From an uncultured Eubacteriales bacterium (GTDB taxonomy: Bacteria > Bacillota > Clostridia > Christensenellales > CAG-138): a stretch of 64,000 bases of DNA. A model generated the notes under the pieces. The model was not told the origin of the DNA and ran no database searches. It saw only the letters and a list, made by a program, of their open reading frames with translations. The DNA is taken from contig CADBYI010000002.1 of the NCBI GenBank assembly GCA_902798825.1, positions 10,545 to 74,544 on the forward strand, in the 5' to 3' direction. This document shows positions 36,521-45,678 of this stretch, in pieces; the first letter of the stretch is position 1, and each line of letters begins with the position of its first letter. The translations under genes were made by a program, and so were the position numbers.

Positions 36521-36928
36521 TTACTCAATACCGATCACCTGTATTCCGTTTTCGGCCAGCAGCCGCGCTGTGATCCCGTCGCCCTGTACCAGCTTTTTTG
36601 AAAACGTACCGTCATATATCCACCCCGACCCGCAGGATGGGCTTCTCTTTTGCAGCAGCGCTTGCGTTGCTCCATAGGTCCGGGCTAAGGCTAACACCGC
36701 CTGGGCGCCCCGCCCATAGGCTTCTGTACGATCGACCCCCTGGGTATCGACGACCCGGCCCGCTTTGATTTCGCAGGGCGGACGGGGCGTGGGCAACCCG
36801 CCCAACTGCTCAGGACAAACGGGAATCGCCTCCCCCGCCTTGACCAGCTCCACGATCGTTTCGCAGGCCTTTGCCTTTCCGTCGTATCGACAGGGAAATC
36901 CAGCCAAACAGGCACTAACGAGAATCAC
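36521..36928 (-). CDS. DUF523 / 2-thiouracil desulfidase (TudS/YbbK)-family Fe-S protein
   Basis: SACLAG..CRYDG, VCPEQLGGL, SPSCG. GTG start. Confidence 0.85.
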   Translation of the reverse strand: MILVSACLAGFPCRYDGKAKACETIVELVKAGEAIPVCPEQLGGLPTPRPPCEIKAGRVVDTQGVDRTEAYGRGAQAVLALARTYGATQALLQKRSPSCGSGWIYDGTFSKKLVQGDGITARLLAENGIQVIGIE

Positions 36929-36958
36929 CGCATACTACCACCTATTTATAGTCATTGC

Positions 36959-36987
36959 ATTGTACCACAAAAGGCGATATTTGTCCA
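36959..36987 (-). promoter_or_regulatory. Sigma-A promoter of the DUF523-RR-HK-htrA-mutS2 unit
   Basis: TGGACA-17 bp-TACAAT with extended TG on the minus strand. Confidence 0.6.
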
Positions 36988-37012
36988 GTATGTGAACGAA
37001 ATGCTTTGTAAT

Positions 37013-37044
37013 AAAAAAGTGAGGGCCGTGATTCACAGCCCTCA
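37013..37044 (-). terminator. Terminator of the sugar ABC operon
   Basis: GAGGGCTGTG-AAT-CACGGCCCTC-ACTTTTTT on the minus strand. Confidence 0.75.
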
Positions 37045-37063
37045 ACATCCACTTTGAAACGGA

Positions 37064-37921
37064 TCAACCTTTCACAGCGCCGGCGGCAACACCCTTGATG
37101 ATGTGCTTCTGGCAGATCAGATAGAAGATCACGATGGGGATGATGCCCAGGAAGATCAACGCCATGGTGGCGCCCCAGTCCACCTGACCGTAGCTTCCCT
37201 GCAGGTACTGGATATGGATGGGGATGGTTCGATACAGGTTTCGATCCAGCACCAGATAGGGCAGCAGATAGTCGTTCCACACCCACATGATCTCCAGAAT
37301 GCCCACGGAGATCATGGTGGGTTTGAGCATGGGGAAAACCACCAGGAAATAGGTCTTTAAGGGGCCGCAGCCGTCGATGACCGCCGCCTCCTCTATCTCC
37401 AGGGGGATGCCCTTCACAAAGCCCACGAACATGAAGATGGCAAGCCCCGCGCCGAAGCCAAGATACACGATGGGAATGGTCCAGGGGGTGTTCAGCTTCA
37501 ACGTGTCCGCCGTCTTCGACAGGGTAAACATGACCATCTGGAAGGGGACCACCATGGAGAACACGCACAGGTAATAGATGATCCGGCAAACCTTGGAGTC
37601 CACCCGGGCGATAAACCAGGCAGCCATGGACGTGAACAGCAGGATCAGCGCTGTGCTCAGGATGGTGATGGTGAAGCTGTAGAACACCGTCTTCCAGAAG
37701 CTATAGTTGCCGAAGGTCATACCCTTCACATAGTTGTCGACCCCCACGTAGGATTCGGCATTGGGCAGGGCGAAGGTCTCGGACTTCACATAGGTGCTCT
37801 GCTTGAAGGTGTTGATGATCAGCGTGAAGATGGGCATCATGTAAATGATGCAGATCACAGCAAGGACGATGGAAAGGATGGTCCGTATCCGTTTTTCCCT
37901 GGCAAGGCTCTTTTGGTTCAT
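37064..37921 (-). CDS. Carbohydrate ABC transporter permease (MalG-like)
   Basis: EAA loop EIEEAAVIDG, WNDYLLP. Confidence 0.92.
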   Translation of the reverse strand: MNQKSLAREKRIRTILSIVLAVICIIYMMPIFTLIINTFKQSTYVKSETFALPNAESYVGVDNYVKGMTFGNYSFWKTVFYSFTITILSTALILLFTSMAAWFIARVDSKVCRIIYYLCVFSMVVPFQMVMFTLSKTADTLKLNTPWTIPIVYLGFGAGLAIFMFVGFVKGIPLEIEEAAVIDGCGPLKTYFLVVFPMLKPTMISVGILEIMWVWNDYLLPYLVLDRNLYRTIPIHIQYLQGSYGQVDWGATMALIFLGIIPIVIFYLICQKHIIKGVAAGAVKG

Positions 37922-38850
37922 TACTGCTGCACCTCCTTTTTACGCGTCGCGGACAGTTGAATGAGCCCCAGGGCCGCCACCAGGATGAAGAACAGCACGG
38001 CCTTCGCCTGGGCGGTGCCTCTGGCGGAGGTGTTGCCCACGTAGAACGTGTTGTAGATGTTCAAAGCGATCATCTCCGTCTGCCCCACGGGCACGCCGTT
38101 GACAAAGGGCTTAGGAAGTCCGTTGGTCAGGGCCAGGTTCTGGTCAAACAGCTTGAAGCCATTGGTCAGGCTAAGGAAGGTGCAGATAGTGATGGAGGGC
38201 ATCACGTTGGGAATGGTGACACGCCACAGGGTCTGCCAGCTGGAGGCGCCGTCGATCTTGGCGGCCTCCAGCATATCGCTGGGCACGGCCTGCAATCCAG
38301 CGATATAGATGATCATCATATACCCTATCTGCTGCCAGGCCACCACGACGACCAAGGCCCAAAAGCCCCAGACGGGCTCCGTGACCAGGGTCTTTCCGTA
38401 CATATACAGGATGCCGTCAAAGATCATGGACCAGATATAGCCCAGTACGATGCCGCCGATCAGGTTCGGCATGAAGAACACGGTCCGAAACAGGTTGCTG
38501 CCCTTCAGCTCCCGGGTCAACAGATAGGCCACCGTGAAGGCCAGCACGTTGATGATGATGAGGCTCACCACCGCGAACAGGGCCGAATACCAGAAGGAGC
38601 GGACAAAGGTGGGGTCGTTGAAGGCTTTGACATAGTTGCTGAAAAAGGCCTTGTCATTCATAAAGCCGTTCAGCTTGGCGTTGGACGTGGTGGTAAAGGT
38701 ACAGAACGACAGATAGATGCCCTGTATGAACGGCCAGACGAAGCCGATGATAAACGCCGCCATCAGGGGCAGGATGAATATCCACCATTTTCTGCGGATA
38801 GGGTCTTTTCTCAAATCATAGTGCTTTCTTTTTCGGTTCAAATGAAACAC
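37921..38850 (-). CDS. Carbohydrate ABC transporter permease (MalF-like)
   Basis: FRTVFFMP, EAAKIDGAS, FKLFD. Confidence 0.92.
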   Translation of the reverse strand: MFHLNRKRKHYDLRKDPIRRKWWIFILPLMAAFIIGFVWPFIQGIYLSFCTFTTTSNAKLNGFMNDKAFFSNYVKAFNDPTFVRSFWYSALFAVVSLIIINVLAFTVAYLLTRELKGSNLFRTVFFMPNLIGGIVLGYIWSMIFDGILYMYGKTLVTEPVWGFWALVVVVAWQQIGYMMIIYIAGLQAVPSDMLEAAKIDGASSWQTLWRVTIPNVMPSITICTFLSLTNGFKLFDQNLALTNGLPKPFVNGVPVGQTEMIALNIYNTFYVGNTSARGTAQAKAVLFFILVAALGLIQLSATRKKEVQQ

Positions 38851-38870
38851 CCCTCTGCTTCAATCGGTCG

Positions 38871-38909
38871 AAGAAAAAATCAAGGGACGGGCGAAATCGC
38901 CCGCCCCTC
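38871..38909 (-). terminator. Intercistronic stem-loop after the binding-protein gene
   Basis: GGGCGGGCGA-TT-TCGCCCGTCCC then T-rich tail on the minus strand. Confidence 0.65.
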
Positions 38910-38937
38910 AAGGTTACTTAGCAAATGATTCTGCGAT

Positions 38938-40206
38938 TTAGCCGTTCACCTGGGAATACTGATAGGCCCAGCCGTCCACGATGGCGGAACGGACCTGCTC
39001 CCAGTTGGCGTCGGTCTGATCGGCGTTGTAGGCGTTCAGAGCGGACACGAAAGCAGCACGGTAGGCGTCCACGTTGGGCTGGTAGTTGGTGGCCCAATCC
39101 ATGACGTAGCAGCCATTGTTGGCATAGTCATTGGCCATGGCCAGGAAGCCGTTGGTGGATTCGGCAGCCTGCTTATAGGGCATGACGCCGAAGGAGTCGA
39201 CCAGGATGCGGGAAGCCTCGGCATCGGTCACGCACCAGTAGAGGAAGTCCATGGTGGCGTCGATATCGGCCTGCTTCGCGTTGGCGTTGATGGCCCAGCA
39301 GTTCTCAGTACCGCAGTTGAGGCCGGCCTTCTCCTCGCCTTCCACGCCGCAGTAGTAGGGAATCATGGCCACGTTCTTGCCCTCGGACACGGCGCCGTAC
39401 TCCCAGGAGCCGTTCACGAAGAACACAGCCTTGTCGGCCTTGAACTCGCCCTCGGCGTCATGACCGCCGGCGGCAAAGGTGGCGGGATCGAACTCGCTGT
39501 TGTTGATGGCCAGATCATACAGGTTCTTGAAGTTGGGCACGAATTCGCCGGTGATGGTGGCCGGGCACTCGGTCCAGACCTTGCCGGCGGCGCGCTCTTC
39601 ATAGACGTAGTCCAGGTTGATCATGTGGCCGGTGAACCGCCAGCTGGAGGAACCGTCCATGTCGGAAGAGGTGAAGGCGTCGAAGCCCAGCTCGGCGGCG
39701 CGGGCGTGGATGTCCTCCACAACGGCCTTCAGAGTATCAAAGTTGGTGATCTCATCCAGCTTGTGGCCGGCTTTTTCCAGGAGGTCCACATTGACGATGA
39801 TGCCGTAGCACTCATAGCAGTAGCCGATGGAGCACAGCTTGCCGTTTTCATCATAGAGATTGTAGGCGTCGGTGTTCAGCTCATTGGCAATCTTGGTGCC
39901 GGTCAGATCCAGGCAGTACTCGGACCAGGTCTTCACGCCTTCCTGGTTGCCCACGATGAACAGGGTGGGCGGAGTGGACTTATCCATCTCGGCGGTGAGA
40001 GTCTGGCTGTAGGTGCCGGAGGCGGCGGTGACCACGTTCACGGGAACGCCGGTCTTTTCGGTGTACATCTTGGCGATCTGCTGCAGAACTTCATCGGATT
40101 CGGGCTTGAAGTTCAGCCAGTAGACGGAGCCGGTTTCCGCCGTGGTCACGGGGACCAGAGCGAACATGAGGCACAGAACGAGCGCCAGAGCAAAGAATTT
40201 CTTCAT
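38938..40206 (-). CDS. Carbohydrate ABC transporter substrate-binding protein
   Basis: Signal peptide, VYWLNFKPE, FFVNGSW. Upstream of two permeases. Confidence 0.88.
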   Translation of the reverse strand: MKKFFALALVLCLMFALVPVTTAETGSVYWLNFKPESDEVLQQIAKMYTEKTGVPVNVVTAASGTYSQTLTAEMDKSTPPTLFIVGNQEGVKTWSEYCLDLTGTKIANELNTDAYNLYDENGKLCSIGYCYECYGIIVNVDLLEKAGHKLDEITNFDTLKAVVEDIHARAAELGFDAFTSSDMDGSSSWRFTGHMINLDYVYEERAAGKVWTECPATITGEFVPNFKNLYDLAINNSEFDPATFAAGGHDAEGEFKADKAVFFVNGSWEYGAVSEGKNVAMIPYYCGVEGEEKAGLNCGTENCWAINANAKQADIDATMDFLYWCVTDAEASRILVDSFGVMPYKQAAESTNGFLAMANDYANNGCYVMDWATNYQPNVDAYRAAFVSALNAYNADQTDANWEQVRSAIVDGWAYQYSQVNG

Positions 40207-40265
40207 TTTTGTTGTCCTTTCTTTTTATTCTCCTTCCATTACAAAAGGAGGTATTTAACATAATA

Positions 40266-40293
40266 ATTTTACTCCCACATTTGTGTCTGTCAA
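40266..40293 (-). promoter_or_regulatory. Sigma-A promoter of the sugar ABC operon
   Basis: TTGACA-16 bp-TAAAAT on the minus strand. Confidence 0.55.
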
Positions 40294-40443
40294 GTGAGTT
40301 TTTTCAAAAAGACGAAAAGAATTATGGACGAGCAATCGTTTTTCGTTTTCTTTTGGTTGAGAATGCAGTTTTTTCCTGTAATAAACCGGGGCCGAAAAGG
40401 AAAGAGTAAGGGCGAAAAGCAAAGCAAAGGAGGTGAAACGTAA

Positions 40444-40635
40444 ATGGCACGCAACAGCTCTATGGTTCCTGAAAACCAGGACAAGCTCGGCAACTTCAAG
40501 TCTGAGGTGGCTTCTTCCCTGAACATCAACCTCAAGCAGGGTTACAATGGCGATCTGACCTCTCGTGAGGCCGGCAGCATCGGCGGCGAGATGGTGAAGC
40601 GCATGATCGAGTACGCTGAAAAGAACATGCACTGA
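40444..40635 (+). CDS. Alpha/beta-type small acid-soluble spore protein
   Basis: KSEVASSL, GDLTSREAGSIGGEMVKRMI. Strong RBS AAGGAGGTG. Confidence 0.93.
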   Translation: MARNSSMVPENQDKLGNFKSEVASSLNINLKQGYNGDLTSREAGSIGGEMVKRMIEYAEKNMH

Positions 40636-40726
40636 CGAAACGAACGACACGTACCGCGCGTATGGACACATACGCAAACAATTACATGGCTGCTCGACCG
40701 GCGCCGTGATCTACATACAGCATGGC

Positions 40727-40764
40727 AGAAAAAGGCCGTCTCGATGTGAGACAGCCTTTTTTCT
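40727..40764. terminator. Bidirectional terminator between SASP and recG
   Basis: AGAAAAAGGCCGTCTC-GATGT-GAGACAGCCTTTTTTCT. Confidence 0.8.
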
Positions 40765-42761
40765 TAATTCATGGCAATGTGCTCCATGCCTCGATAGCGT
40801 TGGCGGGCAGCCTCCATGAGCTGCTCATTCTCCAGGCTGGGAAGGCTGTATATCTCCCCGGCATCCACGGAAGCCGCTTCCAAAAGCGACATAGGACAAT
40901 CCTTAAGGAAGCCGTCCTCTCGCTCCTCCCCCGCCTGGCGGATGCCCATCAGGTCTCCGGCGCCTCGAAGCTGCAGATCTCGCTCGGCGATCTTGAATCC
41001 GTCGGTGGTATCCAGCATGGCCTGGAGCCGCTCCATGGCGGTTTTCTTCTGCTCGTAGACCACCAAATAGCAGTGGGCCTGCTGCGCCCCGCGGCCCACC
41101 CGGCCCCGAAGCTGATGCATGGCGGAAAGGCCGAAACGCTCCGCTCCCTCGATGACCATATGGGCGGCCTGTGGCACGTGGACCCCCACTTCGATGACCG
41201 TGGTGGAGATGAGGATGGGGGCTTCTCCCCCATGGAATCGGGCCATGACGTCCTGTTTTTGAGCCTCACTCATGCGGCCATGGAGCTTCAGCAGGGGTAC
41301 CTCCCCCACCAGTTCCATGACCTCGTCGAACACCTCGTCCACGGACAAGCCTTCCAGCCCCTCCGTTTTCTCGATCAGGGGGCAGACCACATAGCTCTGC
41401 TCCCCCTCCTTCACCCGCTGTGCCAGGTACCGGTACATGTCCTTGCGCTTGGCCGGTCCCACCAGATGGGTTTTGATGGGCTTGCGTCCGGCTGGGAGCT
41501 GGTCGATGACGGAAAGGTCCAGATCCCCATAGAGGATCAGGGCCAGCGTGCGGGGAATGGGCGTGGCGCTCATGACCAGCACGTCCGGCCGGTTGCCCTT
41601 CTGCTCCATGGCGGCGCGCTGTTGGACGCCGAAGCGATGCTGCTCATCGCAGACCACCACTCCCAGATTGTTGAATCGCACATTTTGGGAGAACAGGGCG
41701 TGTGTGCCGGTGACCGCCTTCCAGGCACCGCTTTCTATGTTTTGCAGAGCCGTCCGCTTCTCCCGGGTCGTTTCACTGCCCAACAGGAGGCCGCATTGGT
41801 CCCCAAAGAGAGCTTTCAGGGATTCATAGTGCTGACGGGCCAATATCTCCGTGGGCGCCAAAAGGACGCCCTGAAAGCCATCCCGGGCGGCAGCGTAGAG
41901 CGCAAACAGAGCGATGCTGGTCTTTCCGGACCCCACGTCCCCTTCGATCATTCGGTTCATGGGGATGGGGTCGCTCATGTCTCGGGCTACCTCGGCAAGG
42001 ACCCGCTGCTGGGCGTGGGTTGGGGTAAAGGGCAGTGTCTTGAGATAGTCAGCCAACGACGCCTGGGCGTGAAAGGCAATGCCGTTGTGCCGTTTTCGTT
42101 CGGCCTTCAACTCCTGGGAGGCCAGGAAATAGTAGAGGGCGTCCTCATAGGCACGGCGGCGGCGGGCGTCGTCCAGCTTCGACCGATCCGTGGGAAAATG
42201 CAGCTCCCACAGGGCCTCCTTACGCCCCGGCAAACGATGCTTCTCCCGCAAGGATGCAGGCAGCGTCTCCTCCAGGTTCGCCGCTTCCAGGGCGGAGCGG
42301 ATGCCGTCCCGCAGGTTGGATTGGGTCAGCCCCTTGAGGGTCGCATACACGGGCACGATGCCGCGAAGCTCCTTCGCGAGCAGCGGATTCAGCAGGGCGG
42401 GTGCTCCCTTGTCCCCGATATGGACCCGGCCTGAAGCGATGTATGTCTGTCCCGCCTCCAGGCCCTTGGCACGATAGGGCTGGTTGAAGTAGCGCAATGC
42501 CACCCGCTTGCCTGCGGCGTCCCGTCCATAGACGGAAACGGTGGTCAACCCCTTCCGTGAATACCAGGAGGGACCGGAGGTCAACTGAACTTGCACCGAC
42601 GCAAAGGTACCGTCCACCAGCTCCGCCACCGGCGTGCAGGTGGAATAATCAAGATAGCTGCTGGGATAGTAGGTCACCAAGTCGCCCAGGCTTTCGATCC
42701 CCAGCTGTCGCAGAAGCTCTATTCTTTTGGGGCCGATGCCCTTGATGTCTGCAAGCTCCAT
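40764..42761 (-). CDS. recG: ATP-dependent DNA helicase RecG
   Basis: GDVGSGKT, DEQHRFG, SATPIPRT, HQLRGRVGRG, DLQLRGAG. Confidence 0.96.
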   Translation of the reverse strand: MELADIKGIGPKRIELLRQLGIESLGDLVTYYPSSYLDYSTCTPVAELVDGTFASVQVQLTSGPSWYSRKGLTTVSVYGRDAAGKRVALRYFNQPYRAKGLEAGQTYIASGRVHIGDKGAPALLNPLLAKELRGIVPVYATLKGLTQSNLRDGIRSALEAANLEETLPASLREKHRLPGRKEALWELHFPTDRSKLDDARRRRAYEDALYYFLASQELKAERKRHNGIAFHAQASLADYLKTLPFTPTHAQQRVLAEVARDMSDPIPMNRMIEGDVGSGKTSIALFALYAAARDGFQGVLLAPTEILARQHYESLKALFGDQCGLLLGSETTREKRTALQNIESGAWKAVTGTHALFSQNVRFNNLGVVVCDEQHRFGVQQRAAMEQKGNRPDVLVMSATPIPRTLALILYGDLDLSVIDQLPAGRKPIKTHLVGPAKRKDMYRYLAQRVKEGEQSYVVCPLIEKTEGLEGLSVDEVFDEVMELVGEVPLLKLHGRMSEAQKQDVMARFHGGEAPILISTTVIEVGVHVPQAAHMVIEGAERFGLSAMHQLRGRVGRGAQQAHCYLVVYEQKKTAMERLQAMLDTTDGFKIAERDLQLRGAGDLMGIRQAGEEREDGFLKDCPMSLLEAASVDAGEIYSLPSLENEQLMEAARQRYRGMEHIAMN

Positions 42762-42767
42762 GATTTG

Positions 42768-42791
42768 AAAAAAGCCGCCGGTGGGCGGCTT
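42768..42791 (-). terminator. Terminator-like hairpin between yloV and recG
   Basis: AAGCCGCC-CACC-GGCGGCTTTTTT on the minus strand. Confidence 0.7.
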
Positions 42792-42803
42792 GTGATTTCG
42801 TTC

Positions 42804-44459
42804 TCAGAGTACCGAGAAGTAGTAGCTGTAGAGGGGTTGTCCGCCGTTGCGGCTCATGAACTCAGACTCGGGATACTTCTCCTCCAGCCGGGCGATCAGG
42901 GCGTCCGCTCTGCTCTCCTCAACGTCCGCGCCGTAGTACACGGTGACGGAGCATTCGTCGTCCCCCAGCTTCTCGATCATATGCTCCACCAGCTCGAAGG
43001 CCGCTTCGTCCGCATCGGGGCTGACGGTATTCAGATCCCCATCCAGCATGCCGATGAAGTCCCCCTGATGGATGACCTTGCCGTTGAGCTGGGTCTCCCT
43101 TACCGCGAAAGTGACGGAGCCGGAGATGACCTCCTGGAAGGCTTCGGTCATGTTGCTCACGTTGTTCTCCAGGGATTCGTCGGGATTGAAGGCCATGGCC
43201 GCCGCGATGCCCTGGGGAATGGTCTTGGTGGGCAGCACCTCCACATGACAGCTGCACAGCACGGAGGCCTGGGTTGCGGCCAGGATGATGTTGCTGTTGT
43301 TGGGCAGGATGAACACGTTGCGGGCGTTCACCTGATGGACCGCATTGACGATGCTGTCGATGCTGGGGTTCATGGTCTGGCCGCCGGAGATGATATAGTC
43401 CGTAGACAGGGCCCGGAACACCTCGTCCACCCCTGCGCCGCAGCTGACGGATATGAGGGCAAACTCCTTCTCGTTCTTCTTGCGGTTGGCGGCCAGCTGC
43501 CGATTCTGCTCCCGCATGTTTTCGATCTTGATCCGGTCCAGCTCGCCATAGCGCATAGCCATCTGCAGAACCTTCCCGGGGCAGTTGGAATGGACATGGA
43601 TCTTCACCGTGTCGCTGTCGCAGGCCACCACCACGGAGTCGCCCACCCGTTCCAGATGCCGACGGAACTGATCCAAATCCTTCTCCTCGAAGCCGTCATA
43701 CAGATGGACGATGAAGAACTCAGTGCAGTAGCCAAACTGGATATCCTCGGCGTTGAACTGGTCGAAACTGGCCGTTTCGCCGGATTCCTTCTCCTCGGTC
43801 TTTTCCTCTTTCGGCAGGACTTCCAGATTCACCTCGCCGTTCATGGCCATCAAAAAGCCCTGGTAGATGAACAGCAGACCCTTTCCGCCGGAGTCCACCA
43901 CCCCCGCTTCCTTGAGCACGGGCAGCAGGTCAGGAGTGATCCGCAAGGATTCCTCGCCCTTTTGAAGGCACAGGATCATCAGCGCCTCGCAGCCCAGTCC
44001 CCCATCCGTATCCAACGCTTTTTGCAGTTCCTCGGAGATCATGCGGGACACGGTGAGGATGGTCCCCTCCTTGGGCTTCATGACGGCCTTATAGGCGGCC
44101 TTGGTGCCCTCCGCCATGGCGGCGACAAAGGCGATACCGTCCAGCTCCTCGTGGCCCTTGGCGACCTTGTAAAAGCCCCTGAACAGCTGGGACAGGATGA
44201 CGCCGGAATTGCCTCGGGCGCTTCTCAAAGCACCGGAGGAGACCTTTGCCATCACTTCCTCCACGGTGGCCGTCTCGGGCATGGTCCGCAAATCCTTCAC
44301 AGCACCCTGCATGGTCATGGACATATTGGTGCCCGTATCCCCATCGGGAACGGGGAACACGTTCAGCGAGTCCACCAGCGCCCGGTTCTTCTCAAGCAAC
44401 GTTGCGCCAGCCAGGAACATGTCCCTGAGCAGAGCGCCGTCTATGGTATCTTTAATCAA
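42804..44459 (-). CDS. yloV: DAK2-domain fatty acid kinase subunit A (YloV/FakA)
   Basis: LNVFPVPDGDTGTNM, ARGNSGVILSQ, GGQTMNPS, GGQPLY. Confidence 0.93.
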   Translation of the reverse strand: MIKDTIDGALLRDMFLAGATLLEKNRALVDSLNVFPVPDGDTGTNMSMTMQGAVKDLRTMPETATVEEVMAKVSSGALRSARGNSGVILSQLFRGFYKVAKGHEELDGIAFVAAMAEGTKAAYKAVMKPKEGTILTVSRMISEELQKALDTDGGLGCEALMILCLQKGEESLRITPDLLPVLKEAGVVDSGGKGLLFIYQGFLMAMNGEVNLEVLPKEEKTEEKESGETASFDQFNAEDIQFGYCTEFFIVHLYDGFEEKDLDQFRRHLERVGDSVVVACDSDTVKIHVHSNCPGKVLQMAMRYGELDRIKIENMREQNRQLAANRKKNEKEFALISVSCGAGVDEVFRALSTDYIISGGQTMNPSIDSIVNAVHQVNARNVFILPNNSNIILAATQASVLCSCHVEVLPTKTIPQGIAAAMAFNPDESLENNVSNMTEAFQEVISGSVTFAVRETQLNGKVIHQGDFIGMLDGDLNTVSPDADEAAFELVEHMIEKLGDDECSVTVYYGADVEESRADALIARLEEKYPESEFMSRNGGQPLYSYYFSVL

Positions 44460-44480
44460 ACTACTTTCCTCCCGGGCGTA

Positions 44481-44837
44481 TTAGACTACTCGGATCCCTT
44501 CCACGTGAATGTTCACGTTGTTCACATTGACGCCGGTGAATTCCTCCACCCGATACTTCACATTGCTCTTGCAATTGGAAGCAACGGCCGGCAGGGAAAC
44601 GCCGTACTGCAGAATGACATACAGATCGATATCCACCAGATTCTCGTTCACGGTGGTGACCTTGATCCCCTTCTTCAGATTGTCCTTTCCCAGCAGCTCC
44701 GCCAGCGTGTCGCCTGTGCGCTTCGAGCACATGCCGACGATCCCGTAGTTTTCTACCGCGGCATAGCCAGCCACGATGGAGACAAGTTCCTCCGCCATGG
44801 TGATCTTGCCGTATTCGTTTTTGATCTCAATCGTCAT
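44481..44837 (-). CDS. yloU: Asp23/Gls24-family protein YloU
   Basis: ENYGIVGM, YGV, VKYRVEEFTG, VNIHVEGIRV. ATG at 44837 follows AAGGAG. Confidence 0.92.
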   Translation of the reverse strand: MTIEIKNEYGKITMAEELVSIVAGYAAVENYGIVGMCSKRTGDTLAELLGKDNLKKGIKVTTVNENLVDIDLYVILQYGVSLPAVASNCKSNVKYRVEEFTGVNVNNVNIHVEGIRVV

Positions 44838-44907
44838 GCTGCGTCTCCTTTCTGATTCCCCATTGTACTGAGTGTATGCACGCCGGCTCACCGGGTATGC
44901 TCACCGA

Positions 44908-45654
44908 TTACTCCTCGTCGTCCTCGGGCAGGTTGCCGTTGTGATAGACCTCCTGCACGTCGTCGTTGTCCTCCAGGTTGTCCAGGAACCGGTAGACCTT
45001 TTCCACCGTCTCCGGATCGCTGATGTCCACGGTGTTCTGGGGGATCATGGCCACCTCCGCCTTCAGGAAGGTGTACCCCTTCCCCTCAAGGGCCTCGCGG
45101 ACCGCGGAGAAATCGGAGGGCGCGGTGTAGACCTCAAAGGCATCGTCCTGGGGAACGAAATCCTCGGCGCCGGCGTCCAGGGCCTCCATCATGACCTCGT
45201 CCTCGTCCATGAGGGCCGTGCGCTCGATGATGATCTGGCCCTTCTTGTCGAACATCCAGGCCACGGAACCGGTGGCGCCCAGATTCCCGCCGGCCTTGGA
45301 GAAGATATGGCGCATCTCCGCCGCGATACGGTTTCTGTTGTCGGTGACGATCTCCACATACACGGCCAGGTTGCCGGGGCCGTACCCTTCATAGGTGATC
45401 TCCTCATAGTTGACGGAGCCGGCCTCGCCCGCCGCCTTCTTGATGGAGCGGTTGATGTTGTCGTTGGGCATGTTGGCCGCCTTCGCCTTGGCGATGACGT
45501 CGCGAAGCTTGGAGTTGTTGGCAGGATCGGGACCGCCGCCCTCTTTGACGGCGATGACGATCTCACGACCGATCTTGGTAAAGATCTTGCCGCGGGCGGC
45601 GTCGGTCTTTTCCTTCTTGTTCTTGATGTTTGCCCATTTGGAATGTCCGGACAT
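44908..45654 (-). CDS. yebC: YebC/PmpR-family protein
   Basis: [27 protein letters not shown]. Confidence 0.96.
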   Translation of the reverse strand: MSGHSKWANIKNKKEKTDAARGKIFTKIGREIVIAVKEGGGPDPANNSKLRDVIAKAKAANMPNDNINRSIKKAAGEAGSVNYEEITYEGYGPGNLAVYVEIVTDNRNRIAAEMRHIFSKAGGNLGATGSVAWMFDKKGQIIIERTALMDEDEVMMEALDAGAEDFVPQDDAFEVYTAPSDFSAVREALEGKGYTFLKAEVAMIPQNTVDISDPETVEKVYRFLDNLEDNDDVQEVYHNGNLPEDDEE

Positions 45655-45678
45655 AGTAACCTCCTGAAAGAAAATGAA

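Noticed and set aside
40331-40345. LacI/cre-like site AGCAATCGTTTTT upstream of the sugar ABC promoter
   Set aside because: Only a partial palindrome, and no LacI gene is adjacent. Too weak to call.
44888-44906. GCTCACCG direct repeat between yebC and yloU
   Set aside because: Short and GC-rich, with no supporting context. Plausibly chance.
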